Of a DNA stretch of 64,000 bases, positions 28,701-39,549 are shown one piece after another. This stretch comes from an uncultured bacterium. GTDB taxonomy: Bacteria; Babelota; Babeliae; Babelales; RVW-14. Each line of letters opens with the position of its first letter. Position 1 is the first letter of the stretch. The notes under the pieces are model-generated. The model made no database searches. It saw only the letters and a list, made by a program, of their open reading frames with translations, and was not told the DNA's origin. Both the position numbers and the translations under genes were made by a program. The stretch covers positions 1-64,000 of the forward strand of contig CAVXAT010000004.1 of assembly GCA_963759805.1 (NCBI GenBank), written 5' to 3'.

Positions 28701-29636
28701 TTAACGTCTAAAATATTTCATTAGTCTCTCAGACAATTCATTAACTCCGCATTCGGCATTTTTCCTAAATTCTTCATAATTTTTCTGAAAGAAGCTTCTG
28801 TCTTCGCTACCGCCAAAACCAGGTTTTTCGGTATCTATAAAAGCCCATTTCAAAATCCCATTTTCGTCGATCAAAACAACATTGGTTTCACCCAAGTCCC
28901 ACAAACCGGCATAAGTTATAACTTGTACCAATTCGGTTAATAATTCATCGTAAACTGATTTTACTGCTAAAATATCGGCTGCTGATTTATCTCTCAGGCC
29001 GCTTGATTCCATGAAATCTGCGAATTGTCTATTTCTGTTTGTGGCAAGTAATCTAGAGATATCTTCGACTACAACAACATAGTTGTCATCACATAAAGCT
29101 GCAGGTTTTCCTGGAATATGATAAAGATATTTCTCTATTATTCTTACGTGATTGAGGTGATTTTCTTGCACACATCTTTTAATCTTTTGATTATAAAAAA
29201 CTCTACTTATATTTTGATATGGTGTTACAGCTGCTCTAAAATCAGCGGCGATTGGAGTTTTAAAATAATCATAAATGCCTGGAAGAGATGGCAGTTTCAT
29301 ATGTTGAATTTTAAGCAAGAATCCGGGAATTAAATTTTGTATTAAGAAAAGCTTGCTGTTAACATTGAGGCCAATTCTATATTTTTGTACGATTTGCTGA
29401 AGTATGGGTTGATAATGCTGTGCAAACATTGGTTGTTGTCTATCTATAAACACTTCTCTTACAATTGGATCTGAGAAGAAGGCATCTAATCTGGGCGCCA
29501 TTTCGAAAGGCATTTGGCATTCAGCCAAAATTTGACTGGCCTCCGCTTTGGATAGATCTGCTTTCAAATGTGTGCTACAGGATAGAAATAAACAGAGGGC
29601 CATGAGGCTATTTCTTAAAAATATGCGACTATTCAT
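28701..29636 (-). CDS. Secreted hypothetical protein, protein-kinase-like fold candidate
   Basis: Signal peptide; FLLK, YVVVVEDI, GLWDLGETNVVL, AFIDTE. Confidence 0.65.
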   Translation of the reverse strand: MNSRIFLRNSLMALCLFLSCSTHLKADLSKAEASQILAECQMPFEMAPRLDAFFSDPIVREVFIDRQQPMFAQHYQPILQQIVQKYRIGLNVNSKLFLIQNLIPGFLLKIQHMKLPSLPGIYDYFKTPIAADFRAAVTPYQNISRVFYNQKIKRCVQENHLNHVRIIEKYLYHIPGKPAALCDDNYVVVVEDISRLLATNRNRQFADFMESSGLRDKSAADILAVKSVYDELLTELVQVITYAGLWDLGETNVVLIDENGILKWAFIDTEKPGFGGSEDRSFFQKNYEEFRKNAECGVNELSERLMKYFRR

Positions 29637-29884
29637 AAAATCTCCTAAAGTGTTAAAAAATACTGTAAATTATTATCTATTTTCATTATATTGCCAAACT
29701 GCAAAAAAATCAAGAGGAATTAAAAATCGATAAAAACACTAAAAAATGAGCAGGAAACCAGCTGAATTCTGCAGAAGATGTGCATTTTTAAAATTGAACT
29801 TTGAAAACGCACAAAATTGTTGTATGCTATTATCAAATCAATTGTTTCGTGTTTTATCCCAATCTAAACTATTAGGATTGTACA

Positions 29885-31072
29885 ATGTTTTCAAGAGATA
29901 TAGAAAAAATATTGCCGGATTATATGCCGTTTCCAGCATTGGTCATACAGGGACCACGTCAGGCTGGAAAAACATTCTTTGCTCAAGCAATGTTCAAAGA
30001 ACATTTATATACGTCTTTTGAGGATCCCGATACCCGATCTTTGGCTAAAAATGATCCACGCAGATTTCTTCAGATCAATGAAAACCAACATGGAATAATT
30101 ATCGATGAATTCCAGTATGTCCCGGAAATACTTTCTTATCTGCAATTGGAAATTGATGCGAAAGATCGACCCGGGTATTTTGTTCTTACCGGATCCCAAA
30201 ATTTTTTAATGAATCAGGCAGTTACGCAGACGTTGGCAGGACGCGTTGGCATTCTCACACTTTCACCAATGTCATTGCACGAGATTAGTTCAAATGCTCT
30301 TGGTAGCGATGATATCGATATGAATATTTTTAATGGAGGATACCCGCGGCTTTTTGCAAAAAATATCCAACCATCAAAATTTTATCCACCATACATTCAG
30401 ACGTACGTTGAACGTGATGTCAGGCAGCTTGTTAATGTTGGGGATCTACATGCATTCCAGCAATTTATTGGGCTTTGTGCCGGTCGTGTTGGCCAATTGC
30501 TCAATCTTTCTGAGATTGGCGGTGTTTGTGGAATCAGTCAGCCAACAGCACGTAGCTGGATTTCTATCCTGGAGGCCAGTTATATACTTTTTTTTCTGCA
30601 ACCATACTCAAAAAATTACAGTAGGCGTCTGACTAAATCACCTAAGCTTTATTTTTATGATTCTGGTCTTATCTGCGCTCTTTTGGGAATAGAGTCTCAT
30701 GCAGTACTTGCCAAGCACCCGCTAAGAGGGAATATTTTCGAAAACTTTATCATTGCTGATCTCTATAAACAGTATCTCAATATTGGACGGCGACCGCCAT
30801 TGTATTTTTGGCGTGATCTGAATGGAAGGCTTGAAGTTGATTGCATAATAGACGAGGGAGGAAAAATTTTCCCGGTTGAAATCAAATCGTCGACAACGGT
30901 TGCTCCTGATTTTTTTTATGGCATCAATCAATGGAACATCATGGCTGGGGTTCCTTCAAAAAATTCTTATATCATTTATGGTGGTTCACTTAAACAAGAA
31001 CGATCGGCGGGAAATATTGTTGGCTGGAAGGCTGCGGGTACATTTGTTGAAGACATTATCAAAGAATCTTAA
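29885..31072 (+). CDS. AAA_14 ATPase with a DUF4143 C-terminal domain
   Basis: GPRQAGKT, IIDEFQ, LTGSQ, KSPKLYFYDSGL, YFWRD...EVD, VEIKS. Confidence 0.92.
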   Translation: MFSRDIEKILPDYMPFPALVIQGPRQAGKTFFAQAMFKEHLYTSFEDPDTRSLAKNDPRRFLQINENQHGIIIDEFQYVPEILSYLQLEIDAKDRPGYFVLTGSQNFLMNQAVTQTLAGRVGILTLSPMSLHEISSNALGSDDIDMNIFNGGYPRLFAKNIQPSKFYPPYIQTYVERDVRQLVNVGDLHAFQQFIGLCAGRVGQLLNLSEIGGVCGISQPTARSWISILEASYILFFLQPYSKNYSRRLTKSPKLYFYDSGLICALLGIESHAVLAKHPLRGNIFENFIIADLYKQYLNIGRRPPLYFWRDLNGRLEVDCIIDEGGKIFPVEIKSSTTVAPDFFYGINQWNIMAGVPSKNSYIIYGGSLKQERSAGNIVGWKAAGTFVEDIIKES

Positions 31073-31093
31073 GTGGGTATTAAGGATTGTCAT

Positions 31094-33511
31094 ATGAAGT
31101 TTATAAAATTATTTGAAGAGATAGGCATAAAGGACATTGCTTCTGTGGGGGGGAAAAATGCGTCGCTTGGTGAAATGATTCGGAATCTGAGTTCTAAGGG
31201 TGTTCTAATCCCTTCAGGTTTTGCAATTACAGCTCAGGCTTACTGGCACCACATTAGAAGTAATAATTTGGAAGAAAAAATTAAAGCATTGCTGCACAAA
31301 GTTGATAAAAATAATCTTGAGGCGTTTGCAACAATTGGCCATGAAATTAGGTCATTAATTCGGTCTGCCCCACTTCCACAAGACTTGGCTGCCGAGATTA
31401 AAGAAGCATATAAAGCTCTTGAGAAAAAGTATGGAATAGCATGTGATGTTGCCGTACGCTCGTCTGCAACGGCAGAGGATCTGCCAGAGGCGTCTTTTGC
31501 AGGGCAGCAAGAAACTCTTTTAAATATTCGTGGTGAAGTAGAATTACTGAAAGCCTGCCCTGAAATATTTGCCTCACTTTTTACAGACAGATCAATTTCG
31601 TATCGAATTGACAATGGTTTTAATCATATGAGTGTCGCACTTTCAATTGGCGTGCAGAAAATGGTAGAATCCGGAGATGCAAGCTCCGGCGTTGTTTTTA
31701 CGCTTGATACTGAGAGCGGTTTTAAGGATGTTATTTTTATAACAGCTTCTTACGGTCTTGGTGAAAATATAGTGCAAGGTACGGTAAATCCGGATGAGTA
31801 TTATGTTCATAAGCCCACTTTGAGCCAGGGATTCAAATCTTTGCTCAAAAAACGCTTGGGTAGCAAGCGGTTTAAGATGGTCTATTCGCAGAATAGTAAA
31901 AACGGAACACAAAACACAACACAAAATATTGCTACAAACGAATCCGAACAGAAATCATTTGCACTTAGCGATGCAGAAATCATCGATCTTGCACGTCAAT
32001 CTTTAATTATCGAAAATCACTACTCTGAACTGAAAAAAGAGTGGTGTCCGATGGATATTGAATGGGCAAAGGACAGCATAGATGGAAAGATTTATATCGT
32101 TCAGGCGCGTCCTGAAACAGTTCATTCTCAGCAGACAAAGAATCTGTTTTTTGAAGAGTATATTTTATCTTCGGGTTCTGATAAAGCTGGCCCTGATAAA
32201 AAAGATTTGATTATTGCCGGAAGAAGCATTGGGCGAAAAATCGTAACAGGTAAAGCCAGGCTTGTTGAGTCTGCCAAAAAAATGCACCAGATTGAGCAGG
32301 GTGAGATTCTTGTGACAGATATGACTGATCCAGACTGGGAACCAATCATGAAGCTTGCAGGTGGAATTATAACCAACCGGGGAGGAAGAACGTGTCATGC
32401 TGCAATTATTAGCAGAGAGATCGGAATTCCTGCAATAGTTGGAACGGGTAATGCGACACAAAAAATAAAAAATGGGCAGGTTATTACGCTGGATTGTAGT
32501 AGCGGTGAGATTGGATCTGTCTACAATGGCAAAATTCCGTTTGATATTAAAAGAGTCGAATTAAGTGACATCAAAAAGCCACCGGTGGACATTATGATGA
32601 ATGTTGGAAATCCGGATGAGGCTTTTAATTTTGCACTGTTGCCCAACAGTGGAGTAGGGCTTGCAAGGCTTGAATTTATAATTAATAACTCTATCAAAAT
32701 TCATCCAATGGCATTGGCTTGCCCTGAAAAGGTTACAGATGTTGATGAAAATAAAAAAATTCAAGATTTGACCTATGGGTATAGTGACAAAAAACAGTTT
32801 TTTATCGATAAACTTGCGCAAGAGGCTGGAACAATTGCTGCGGCATTTTATCCAAAGCCTGTGATTATCCGTATGTCAGATTTTAAGAGCAATGAGTACA
32901 GATCTCTTATTGGGGGGATTTATTTTGAGCCTGAAGAAGAAAACCCAATGCTTGGATTTCGTGGTGCATCACGGTATTATAACGAAAAGTATAAGGCAGG
33001 TTTTGAGCTTGAATGTCTTGCCATGAAAAAAATTCGTGGCGAGATGGGAATGAAGAATGTTAAGCTTATGATCCCATTCGTGCGGACAATTGATGATGCC
33101 AAATCTGCGATTTCTGAGATGAAACGGCATGCGTTAGAGCAGGGTAAAGATAATCTCGAGATTTACATGATGTGCGAGATTCCGTCTAATGTTTTGCTGA
33201 TTGATCAATTTTCCAAAATATTTGATGGCTTTTCGATAGGGTCAAATGATTTAACGCAAATGGTCTTGGCTGTAGATCGTGATTCAGACTTTGTTGCAAA
33301 TATTTTTGATGAGCGCAATGAAGCTGTGAAAATTATGCTTGAAATGGCGATCAAAGGGGCTAAAAAAGTCGGGAAGAAGATTGGAATCTGCGGGCAGGCT
33401 CCCTCAGATTATCCTGAAATTGCAGAATTTCTAATAAAACTTGGTATTGACTCAATTTCATTAAATCCCGACTCTGTGCTAAAAGAAATCTTGTTGCTCG
33501 CAAAGAAATAA
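31094..33511 (+). CDS. ppsA: Phosphoenolpyruvate synthase
   Basis: VGGKNASLGEM, AVRSSATAED, GGRTCHAAI, EENPMLGFRGA, FSIGSNDLTQ, GICGQAPSD. Confidence 0.98.
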   Translation: MKFIKLFEEIGIKDIASVGGKNASLGEMIRNLSSKGVLIPSGFAITAQAYWHHIRSNNLEEKIKALLHKVDKNNLEAFATIGHEIRSLIRSAPLPQDLAAEIKEAYKALEKKYGIACDVAVRSSATAEDLPEASFAGQQETLLNIRGEVELLKACPEIFASLFTDRSISYRIDNGFNHMSVALSIGVQKMVESGDASSGVVFTLDTESGFKDVIFITASYGLGENIVQGTVNPDEYYVHKPTLSQGFKSLLKKRLGSKRFKMVYSQNSKNGTQNTTQNIATNESEQKSFALSDAEIIDLARQSLIIENHYSELKKEWCPMDIEWAKDSIDGKIYIVQARPETVHSQQTKNLFFEEYILSSGSDKAGPDKKDLIIAGRSIGRKIVTGKARLVESAKKMHQIEQGEILVTDMTDPDWEPIMKLAGGIITNRGGRTCHAAIISREIGIPAIVGTGNATQKIKNGQVITLDCSSGEIGSVYNGKIPFDIKRVELSDIKKPPVDIMMNVGNPDEAFNFALLPNSGVGLARLEFIINNSIKIHPMALACPEKVTDVDENKKIQDLTYGYSDKKQFFIDKLAQEAGTIAAAFYPKPVIIRMSDFKSNEYRSLIGGIYFEPEEENPMLGFRGASRYYNEKYKAGFELECLAMKKIRGEMGMKNVKLMIPFVRTIDDAKSAISEMKRHALEQGKDNLEIYMMCEIPSNVLLIDQFSKIFDGFSIGSNDLTQMVLAVDRDSDFVANIFDERNEAVKIMLEMAIKGAKKVGKKIGICGQAPSDYPEIAEFLIKLGIDSISLNPDSVLKEILLLAKK

Positions 33512-33513
33512 TA

Positions 33514-33546
33514 AAACTCAGGGAGGCGCCAAGCCTCCCTGAGTTT
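33514..33546. terminator. Bidirectional intrinsic terminator
   Basis: aaactcagggaggc-gccaa-gcctccctgagttt. Confidence 0.85.
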
Positions 33547-33565
33547 GTGATGAGATGTCTGTTGG

Positions 33566-34231
33566 TTATTTTACATTCCAGTGACTTAAGACATTTGTGT
33601 GAGCCGGAACATAATTTTGTGGAGGAGACAACCGTGGTGGCGTTATCAGGCCCGAATTTGTTGTGCCTGGGAGTATCAGACCCCAATTTGTTGCGCCTGG
33701 ACAAGGGTCTGTGATATAGAGTTTATAAGTTTGCCCATTTACTGGACTTACTGCGTTAAAGTAAAGCATGATCTTTGGAAAGTTGTTCGAAAGACTCTGC
33801 AGAAATGTTTTAAGCTGAGTAAGCTGAGTAGCGAGCTGAGCATTTTGTTTGGATGCGTTTGAAATAGCTTTTGCCAGAGTCGACATAACTGAGGCATTTG
33901 GCAAAACGCCACGTTTAATCAAATTTTGGACTTGATTTGGATCCTTAACCAATGTAACGGAAGTTGGGTTATTTTGTGCCCACTCTGTAGTAAAGCCAAG
34001 CCTTCCTGCACTATAAGAGTTAATTCCATCCGGTGTGTATATAAAATTTGAACTAAGCATTGGATTGTTGGCGTTTATAAGAGCAAAAAGTTGCGCTATT
34101 GTGTAAGTCGTCCCTGCTTGTGGAGTCTTAATTGGAGACTGAATAGGTGCAGCATGTACTGCAGCACGGTAGCTTGTGATCAAAAGTGTTACAAGCAAAC
34201 AGAATGTTAGAAATCTTAAACTTATCTTCAT
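33566..34231 (-). CDS. Secreted hypothetical protein
   Basis: Signal peptide (AVHA); GGAGG RBS; no recognised domain. Confidence 0.7.
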   Translation of the reverse strand: MKISLRFLTFCLLVTLLITSYRAAVHAAPIQSPIKTPQAGTTYTIAQLFALINANNPMLSSNFIYTPDGINSYSAGRLGFTTEWAQNNPTSVTLVKDPNQVQNLIKRGVLPNASVMSTLAKAISNASKQNAQLATQLTQLKTFLQSLSNNFPKIMLYFNAVSPVNGQTYKLYITDPCPGATNWGLILPGTTNSGLITPPRLSPPQNYVPAHTNVLSHWNVK

Positions 34232-34462
34232 AAAACCCTCCCTTTCTCCCCCTCAAAAACGGTAAACATGTTAAATTTTATGTTTTTTTTATAATATTAT
34301 ATATTTCAAGCTGTAAATACATCATCAATTATCATATTACCGACTTATTTAAATTAAATGCAAGAAAAATATTATTTTGAATATTTATGTGGAAAGAATG
34401 GCAAAACCGGATGAATGCCAAAAGTTGGCGTAATCAAGATTTGGGGTGTTTTTTGATGTTGG

Positions 34463-35113
34463 CTATAACCAACCAAAGTATTTAACGATCTGTTTGATCA
34501 GATCAAATGAAAAATAGAGGCCTAGGATAATAAATGCGATTGACGTAGCGTAAGTTGCAAAATGAAGCTGTTTCTGCCCAAGAGTTTTGCGCAAGCTACG
34601 TGCAAAAATAGCAACTGTTGAAAATGTTGTCAAAGACCCAAGAGCAAGCATTATGCTGGCAGTTAAAGAATCAATGCGCGAAATTGTCACGATGTTATCC
34701 GGAATAACTTTGACACTGATAAACATAAAAAAGAAAATGGTAATTGGATTTATAAGGGTTAAAGCAAAAGATTTGGCAATTGTAACGAGTGCCGGCTCTT
34801 TGCATTCAATTTGATCTGAGTCATAAGACTGTTGTTTTATGAGCATTCGAATGCCTATAAAAATAAGAAGCATGCTAACAACTAAATCCATCGCCATGAC
34901 GACTTTACGGGATGTTTCTAAAAAACCAAGTATACCGACAAAGCTCAGCCCAAACAGTAACCCATCACCCATAGCGGCACCAAGGGCTGTTATGAAACCC
35001 TTTCTAAAGCCATATAGGGCTCCACGGTTAAATACTAATACAAAAATTGGGCCTATTGCGGCCGCAGCTGAAAGCCCTACCAGAAAACAATTTCGATATA
35101 AAATTAAATTCAT
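34463..35113 (-). CDS. LysE-family translocator
   Basis: IGPI...RGALYG...GAAMGD; LTLINP. Confidence 0.9.
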   Translation of the reverse strand: MNLILYRNCFLVGLSAAAAIGPIFVLVFNRGALYGFRKGFITALGAAMGDGLLFGLSFVGILGFLETSRKVVMAMDLVVSMLLIFIGIRMLIKQQSYDSDQIECKEPALVTIAKSFALTLINPITIFFFMFISVKVIPDNIVTISRIDSLTASIMLALGSLTTFSTVAIFARSLRKTLGQKQLHFATYATSIAFIILGLYFSFDLIKQIVKYFGWL

Positions 35114-35233
35114 TTGGGACCCCTCTTACTTTTTAAAATCTTTCCATTATTCTAGATTTTAACACATAAAGAAGCAAAAAAGCCATTTGTAGATATTATA
35201 ATTCAAAATTAACACTTTTAAAAACGGGATTAC

Positions 35234-36592
35234 ATGAGAAATTCAATATCCTTTGGAACCGATGGGGTAAGAGGCCATTCAGATAGGCATCCTTTCACCA
35301 AAGAGGCGTTAAAGGCTTTTGGCATGGCAATTGCCCGTTGGGCAAACGAAAAATATGATAAAAATTGCTCCAAGGCTTTTACTGGGCCAAAAGTTCTAAT
35401 TGGATACGATACCCGCCTTTCAGGCATAAGAATAAAAAACGAGCTGATAGAAGGCTTAAATTGCTTTCCTGTTGAAATTGTTGATGGGGGAATTTTACCT
35501 ACACCTGCTGTGTACCGTTTAATCAGCATTGATGATACATTTGATTTCGGAATATCTATATCTGCTTCACATAATCCGTTTCATGATAACGGAATTAAGC
35601 TGTTTGATGCCCAAAAATGTAAATTGAGCCGTCAGGATGAAGAGAAAATTGAACAGTACTTTGATATTTATTTTAATAAAGCGGAATCTTTGGGCCAAAA
35701 TTCAGATAAGCGAGTCGAATGGGTGGATGCCGGACAAGCATATATCGATGCTATCTATTCAAAATTTACACCAAACTACTTATCAGGCATGAAAATTACT
35801 CTGGATTGTGCCAATGGAGCAACCTGCGAAATTGCACCTCAGCTTTTCAAAAAGCTTGGTGCGTCAGTTATCACTATCGGGTCAATGCCGTCCGGGCTTA
35901 ATATTAATGAAAATTGTGGATCAACTCACCCGGAAAGAATCAAAAATACTGTTATTGGAAATAAGTCGACATTAGGGTTTGCATTTGATGGGGATGGTGA
36001 CAGAGTCATTGCAATTAATAGTCTTGGCCAAATTAAAGACGGAGATGATATTTTAACAATTCTAACGCAGCATCCTGATTATAAAAGCGTTAATGATATA
36101 GTTGGAACCATCACAACAAACCAAGGATTTGAGGCCGAACTGCACAAATTAAACAAAAATCTGATTCGTACGCAGGTTGGGGATAAATATGTTGCGGCAG
36201 CGCTGGAAGAAAAAAACCTTTCATTGGGCGGGGAGACCTGTGGCCATATTATAATTAAAGAGTATATGCCGACAGGCGATGGCATTTACGTGGCACTCAA
36301 AACACTAGAATCGATTATTGCAAATCAAAACTTAGAGATGAAAACTTTTGATAAATATCCCCAAATTTCGCTAAATATTTCAGTCAAAGAAAAACGTGAC
36401 CTATCAAAACAACCATATTCAGATATAATCAAAAAGGCGCAGGAATCAATACAGGATGGACGAATTGTTGTCAGATATTCCGGAACGGAGAATCTTTTGC
36501 GTATAATGACTGAAGCAAAAACTGATAATATTGCGAGAGGCGTTGCTCAAAATCTTGCAAATGATCTTACGCAAGCTCTTGGACAAAAATAA
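35234..36592 (+). CDS. glmM: Phosphoglucosamine mutase
   Basis: FGTDGVRG, ISASHNP..DNGIK, FDGDGDR, VGDKYV, VRYSGTE. Confidence 0.95.
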   Translation: MRNSISFGTDGVRGHSDRHPFTKEALKAFGMAIARWANEKYDKNCSKAFTGPKVLIGYDTRLSGIRIKNELIEGLNCFPVEIVDGGILPTPAVYRLISIDDTFDFGISISASHNPFHDNGIKLFDAQKCKLSRQDEEKIEQYFDIYFNKAESLGQNSDKRVEWVDAGQAYIDAIYSKFTPNYLSGMKITLDCANGATCEIAPQLFKKLGASVITIGSMPSGLNINENCGSTHPERIKNTVIGNKSTLGFAFDGDGDRVIAINSLGQIKDGDDILTILTQHPDYKSVNDIVGTITTNQGFEAELHKLNKNLIRTQVGDKYVAAALEEKNLSLGGETCGHIIIKEYMPTGDGIYVALKTLESIIANQNLEMKTFDKYPQISLNISVKEKRDLSKQPYSDIIKKAQESIQDGRIVVRYSGTENLLRIMTEAKTDNIARGVAQNLANDLTQALGQK

Positions 36593-36620
36593 CCTAATTT
36601 TAAAATGAAAGGGTGGGTAT

Positions 36621-37280
36621 ATGTTTTTGGATACACTTAAAAAAATAATGCACGAGTTTAAAAGTTTGTTTATTAGTGGCTTATTTACTATCATTCCAAT
36701 TGCAGCAACCGTATTTTTTATTAGCTTTACATACAATTTTTTACTTCGTTGTCTTGAACCGCTTTATAAAATAGAACCCCTAATTCTACATAAAATTCCC
36801 GGATCGCAATTTTTTTTAATAATAACTTTGATTATTTTGATGGGCATATTTTTAAAGATTTTCATAGCAAAAACAGTTATTCATTATTTTGAAAATATGG
36901 TTGATAAAATACCTCTTATCAGAGTTGTATATTCTGCGGCAAAAATATTGGTCGATTTCTTTAAATTCCCAAGCTCAACAGCTAAACCTAAAAAGGTTGT
37001 TCTAATTCCTTATCCCAGAAACGGACAGTTTCACTTAGCTTTTTTGCTTGAATCGGCGGATGATACATACAAAAAACTCCTTCCGCCATCTCACTGTCAA
37101 GATCCAAAAGAAAAGTATTATAAAGTTTTTATGCCAAATTCACCAAATCCGACAAGCGGATACTTTTTTATAATGCCTGAAAGAGATATAATTCACACGG
37201 ACATTACATTTGAGGAAGCAGTTAAAACACTTGTTTCTTGTGGACTTATAACCCCGGAATCGTTAAAAAATCTTGAATAA
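36621..37280 (+). CDS. DUF502 membrane protein
   Basis: IPLIRVVYS, VFMPNSPNPTSG. Confidence 0.9.
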   Translation: MFLDTLKKIMHEFKSLFISGLFTIIPIAATVFFISFTYNFLLRCLEPLYKIEPLILHKIPGSQFFLIITLIILMGIFLKIFIAKTVIHYFENMVDKIPLIRVVYSAAKILVDFFKFPSSTAKPKKVVLIPYPRNGQFHLAFLLESADDTYKKLLPPSHCQDPKEKYYKVFMPNSPNPTSGYFFIMPERDIIHTDITFEEAVKTLVSCGLITPESLKNLE

Positions 37281-37306
37281 TTCTCATAACTCATGAATAA
37301 AAGATA

Positions 37307-38359
37307 ATGGTTCTTATAAAATATTTTTTAAAAAGATTTTTTAAATACGTTTTTGTTGTTGGATTTTTTTTGGCTTTTTTGATCAATTTTATAGAATTTT
37401 TTGAAAAAATTGTACATGCAAAAGATGCAGGATTAAATACTATTTTAATGTTTGTTTCGCTTAATTTTATTCCATCCTTTTTTGATCTGCTTGGTGTCAG
37501 TTGTTGGCTTGCTACATGTTTATTAATTAAAGAGTTTTACCAGCAAAATGAGTGGGAAGCTTTTTCATTGCTTAACATAGGTTATAATAACATTGTGAAG
37601 TTATTTGTTTGGGCAAGTTTTTGTCTAATGCTTTTTAGTTTTGTTCTTAGAGAATCTTTCGTCGAGAGGCTAACTTCCTATGCAGAACAGTATAAAATGG
37701 AGAAATTTAAGCAAAAGTCGTCTCAAAAACTGCTCGGAAAATGGTTAATGTTAAACAAAGAGACAATTGCTTATTTGGGGGTCCTTGACCTTTCCACTAA
37801 CTCAGGGACGGATATGCTTATGCTTTATCTGAACCCCGACTTTACAATTAAAAAAGTGCTAAATTCAAAAAATTTTTACATAATTCCAGAAAAACAGGAG
37901 CTATGTATTCCGGCTGGTACTGAATTTGATATTGAAAATAACGTACCTGAAGCGATTAACGACTTAAAGTTGGTTGTGCCAACTCTGTTTTCTCAAGTTA
38001 AAATTAATCTGGATATTCCAACAATTTCTAATCTTTGTCAAAGCCTTTTAAATAGAAGTATCCTACCGGTTTCAGTTCAGAATGAATTGGTATACGCCAC
38101 AATTAGCCGATTGATTTCATATCTAAAGCTTATGTTTTATCCAATCCTCACATTTATGCTATTTATGCTTTTTAGCAATTTTATTATTTTGAAATGGGTT
38201 GCCATTCTGATGCCCTACGTTTTGTTTACATTTATTCCATTGCTTACTGATTATTTATTTACAATGGGTATTAACCCATTAATATTTTTATTTATTTATT
38301 TATTTATAGTTCTTTTAATGTTTTATCTACATCGCAGGATAGTTGTTCGGGAACAGTAG
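37307..38359 (+). CDS. LptF/LptG-family permease
   Basis: 3 TM + periplasmic beta domain + 3 TM layout; QNEWEAF motif. Confidence 0.7.
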   Translation: MVLIKYFLKRFFKYVFVVGFFLAFLINFIEFFEKIVHAKDAGLNTILMFVSLNFIPSFFDLLGVSCWLATCLLIKEFYQQNEWEAFSLLNIGYNNIVKLFVWASFCLMLFSFVLRESFVERLTSYAEQYKMEKFKQKSSQKLLGKWLMLNKETIAYLGVLDLSTNSGTDMLMLYLNPDFTIKKVLNSKNFYIIPEKQELCIPAGTEFDIENNVPEAINDLKLVVPTLFSQVKINLDIPTISNLCQSLLNRSILPVSVQNELVYATISRLISYLKLMFYPILTFMLFMLFSNFIILKWVAILMPYVLFTFIPLLTDYLFTMGINPLIFLFIYLFIVLLMFYLHRRIVVREQ

Positions 38360-38472
38360 ATCGTAGAATTTAATCTTTTTTAAAAATAATTCGTTGAAAA
38401 AAGCTGTTATTATACTAGACTGAGAGCTGGTGTTCGATAGTATAATTAGTGTGTTTTTTACCGGGGATTATT

Positions 38473-39432
38473 ATGAATTTTCTTTTTCGCAAGTTATTAC
38501 AGGCAGCAGTTGTTGCTGGTATAATGTTAAATCTTGCATCTGCATATGATTTAAGCAAGAAGACATCAACTTCCATTTTTAAAGGTTTTGGAAAATATCC
38601 TTATCAACAGAAGTTCAATCCGTTTCGTAATGAGGTTGATTTGATACTTTATGGATGTCTCGATGAAAATTCAAATGTAAAGGTGGTTAAATCTGCTGAT
38701 GATTATGCAAACCTTGTTCCGGTTCAGATCACAATGAACTTCCCTGATAACGGCATAAAAATGAAAAGGACATATCATGGGTATTATGAAACGGCTACAA
38801 CAAAAATTGCAGATTCAACATTGAGATTTTTCGGAATGCTTCCGGGCGAAGATTACAAAAAAGACTTTAAAAACGATTTTTTAATGGCGGAATACGAAGC
38901 TGGAATGCCAATTAAAATGGTTTTTGCAAATTTAGATCAATTCAAGGCCGTAAAAAAATATCTTCAGGAGAAATTCGAAGGCCCAGAGGGTGTTAGTTCA
39001 GACCAAGTCTCAAAAAAGCCTCTTTTGCTTATCGAAATCGAAAGTGGAGAAGCAATTGAACAAGTGGATCTTGTTTTCCTGAATAATTATTTTGAGGTTG
39101 CAGATACAAGCGATGTCGCTGTTCAAGCATTCTTTGATAAAGTTGGAGAAAATATTGCAAATATCGGCTACATGAGAGAATTGGCTCAAGTTGGTAAGTC
39201 ATTTGGAGATATGATTATGGAATTGATTGACAAAGACTTTGATAGTGGAGATGTAAGCAAATTAACAATAAAAACTGTAAAGTGGCTTACCTTTGTGGCG
39301 TTGACTGCAGCCGCAATAAAGGTGGTAGATAAATTGGCAGATGCTTATATCACAAAGCCAATTGCGGTCAGACTTGGGGTGGAACCGGTCAAGGAAGTAT
39401 CAAAGCCGGCACTGCCAGCTCCTTCTAATTAA
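38473..39432 (+). CDS. Exported hypothetical protein with a C-terminal hydrophobic segment
   Basis: Signal peptide; WLTFVALTAAAI; followed by a terminator. Confidence 0.7.
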   Translation: MNFLFRKLLQAAVVAGIMLNLASAYDLSKKTSTSIFKGFGKYPYQQKFNPFRNEVDLILYGCLDENSNVKVVKSADDYANLVPVQITMNFPDNGIKMKRTYHGYYETATTKIADSTLRFFGMLPGEDYKKDFKNDFLMAEYEAGMPIKMVFANLDQFKAVKKYLQEKFEGPEGVSSDQVSKKPLLLIEIESGEAIEQVDLVFLNNYFEVADTSDVAVQAFFDKVGENIANIGYMRELAQVGKSFGDMIMELIDKDFDSGDVSKLTIKTVKWLTFVALTAAAIKVVDKLADAYITKPIAVRLGVEPVKEVSKPALPAPSN

Positions 39433-39451
39433 TAATTTAAAATACTAAGTC

Positions 39452-39487
39452 AAAAAGCCTCTTTCGAATTCGAAGGAGGCTTTTTTT
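39452..39487 (+). terminator. Intrinsic terminator
   Basis: aaaaagcctctttcg-aatt-cgaaggaggc followed by ttttttt. Confidence 0.8.
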
Positions 39488-39549
39488 ATATGTTATAATT
39501 AAGTTTGGTAAATGGTAAAAAGTATTCAAATTAAAATTAGGAGCCGGGA

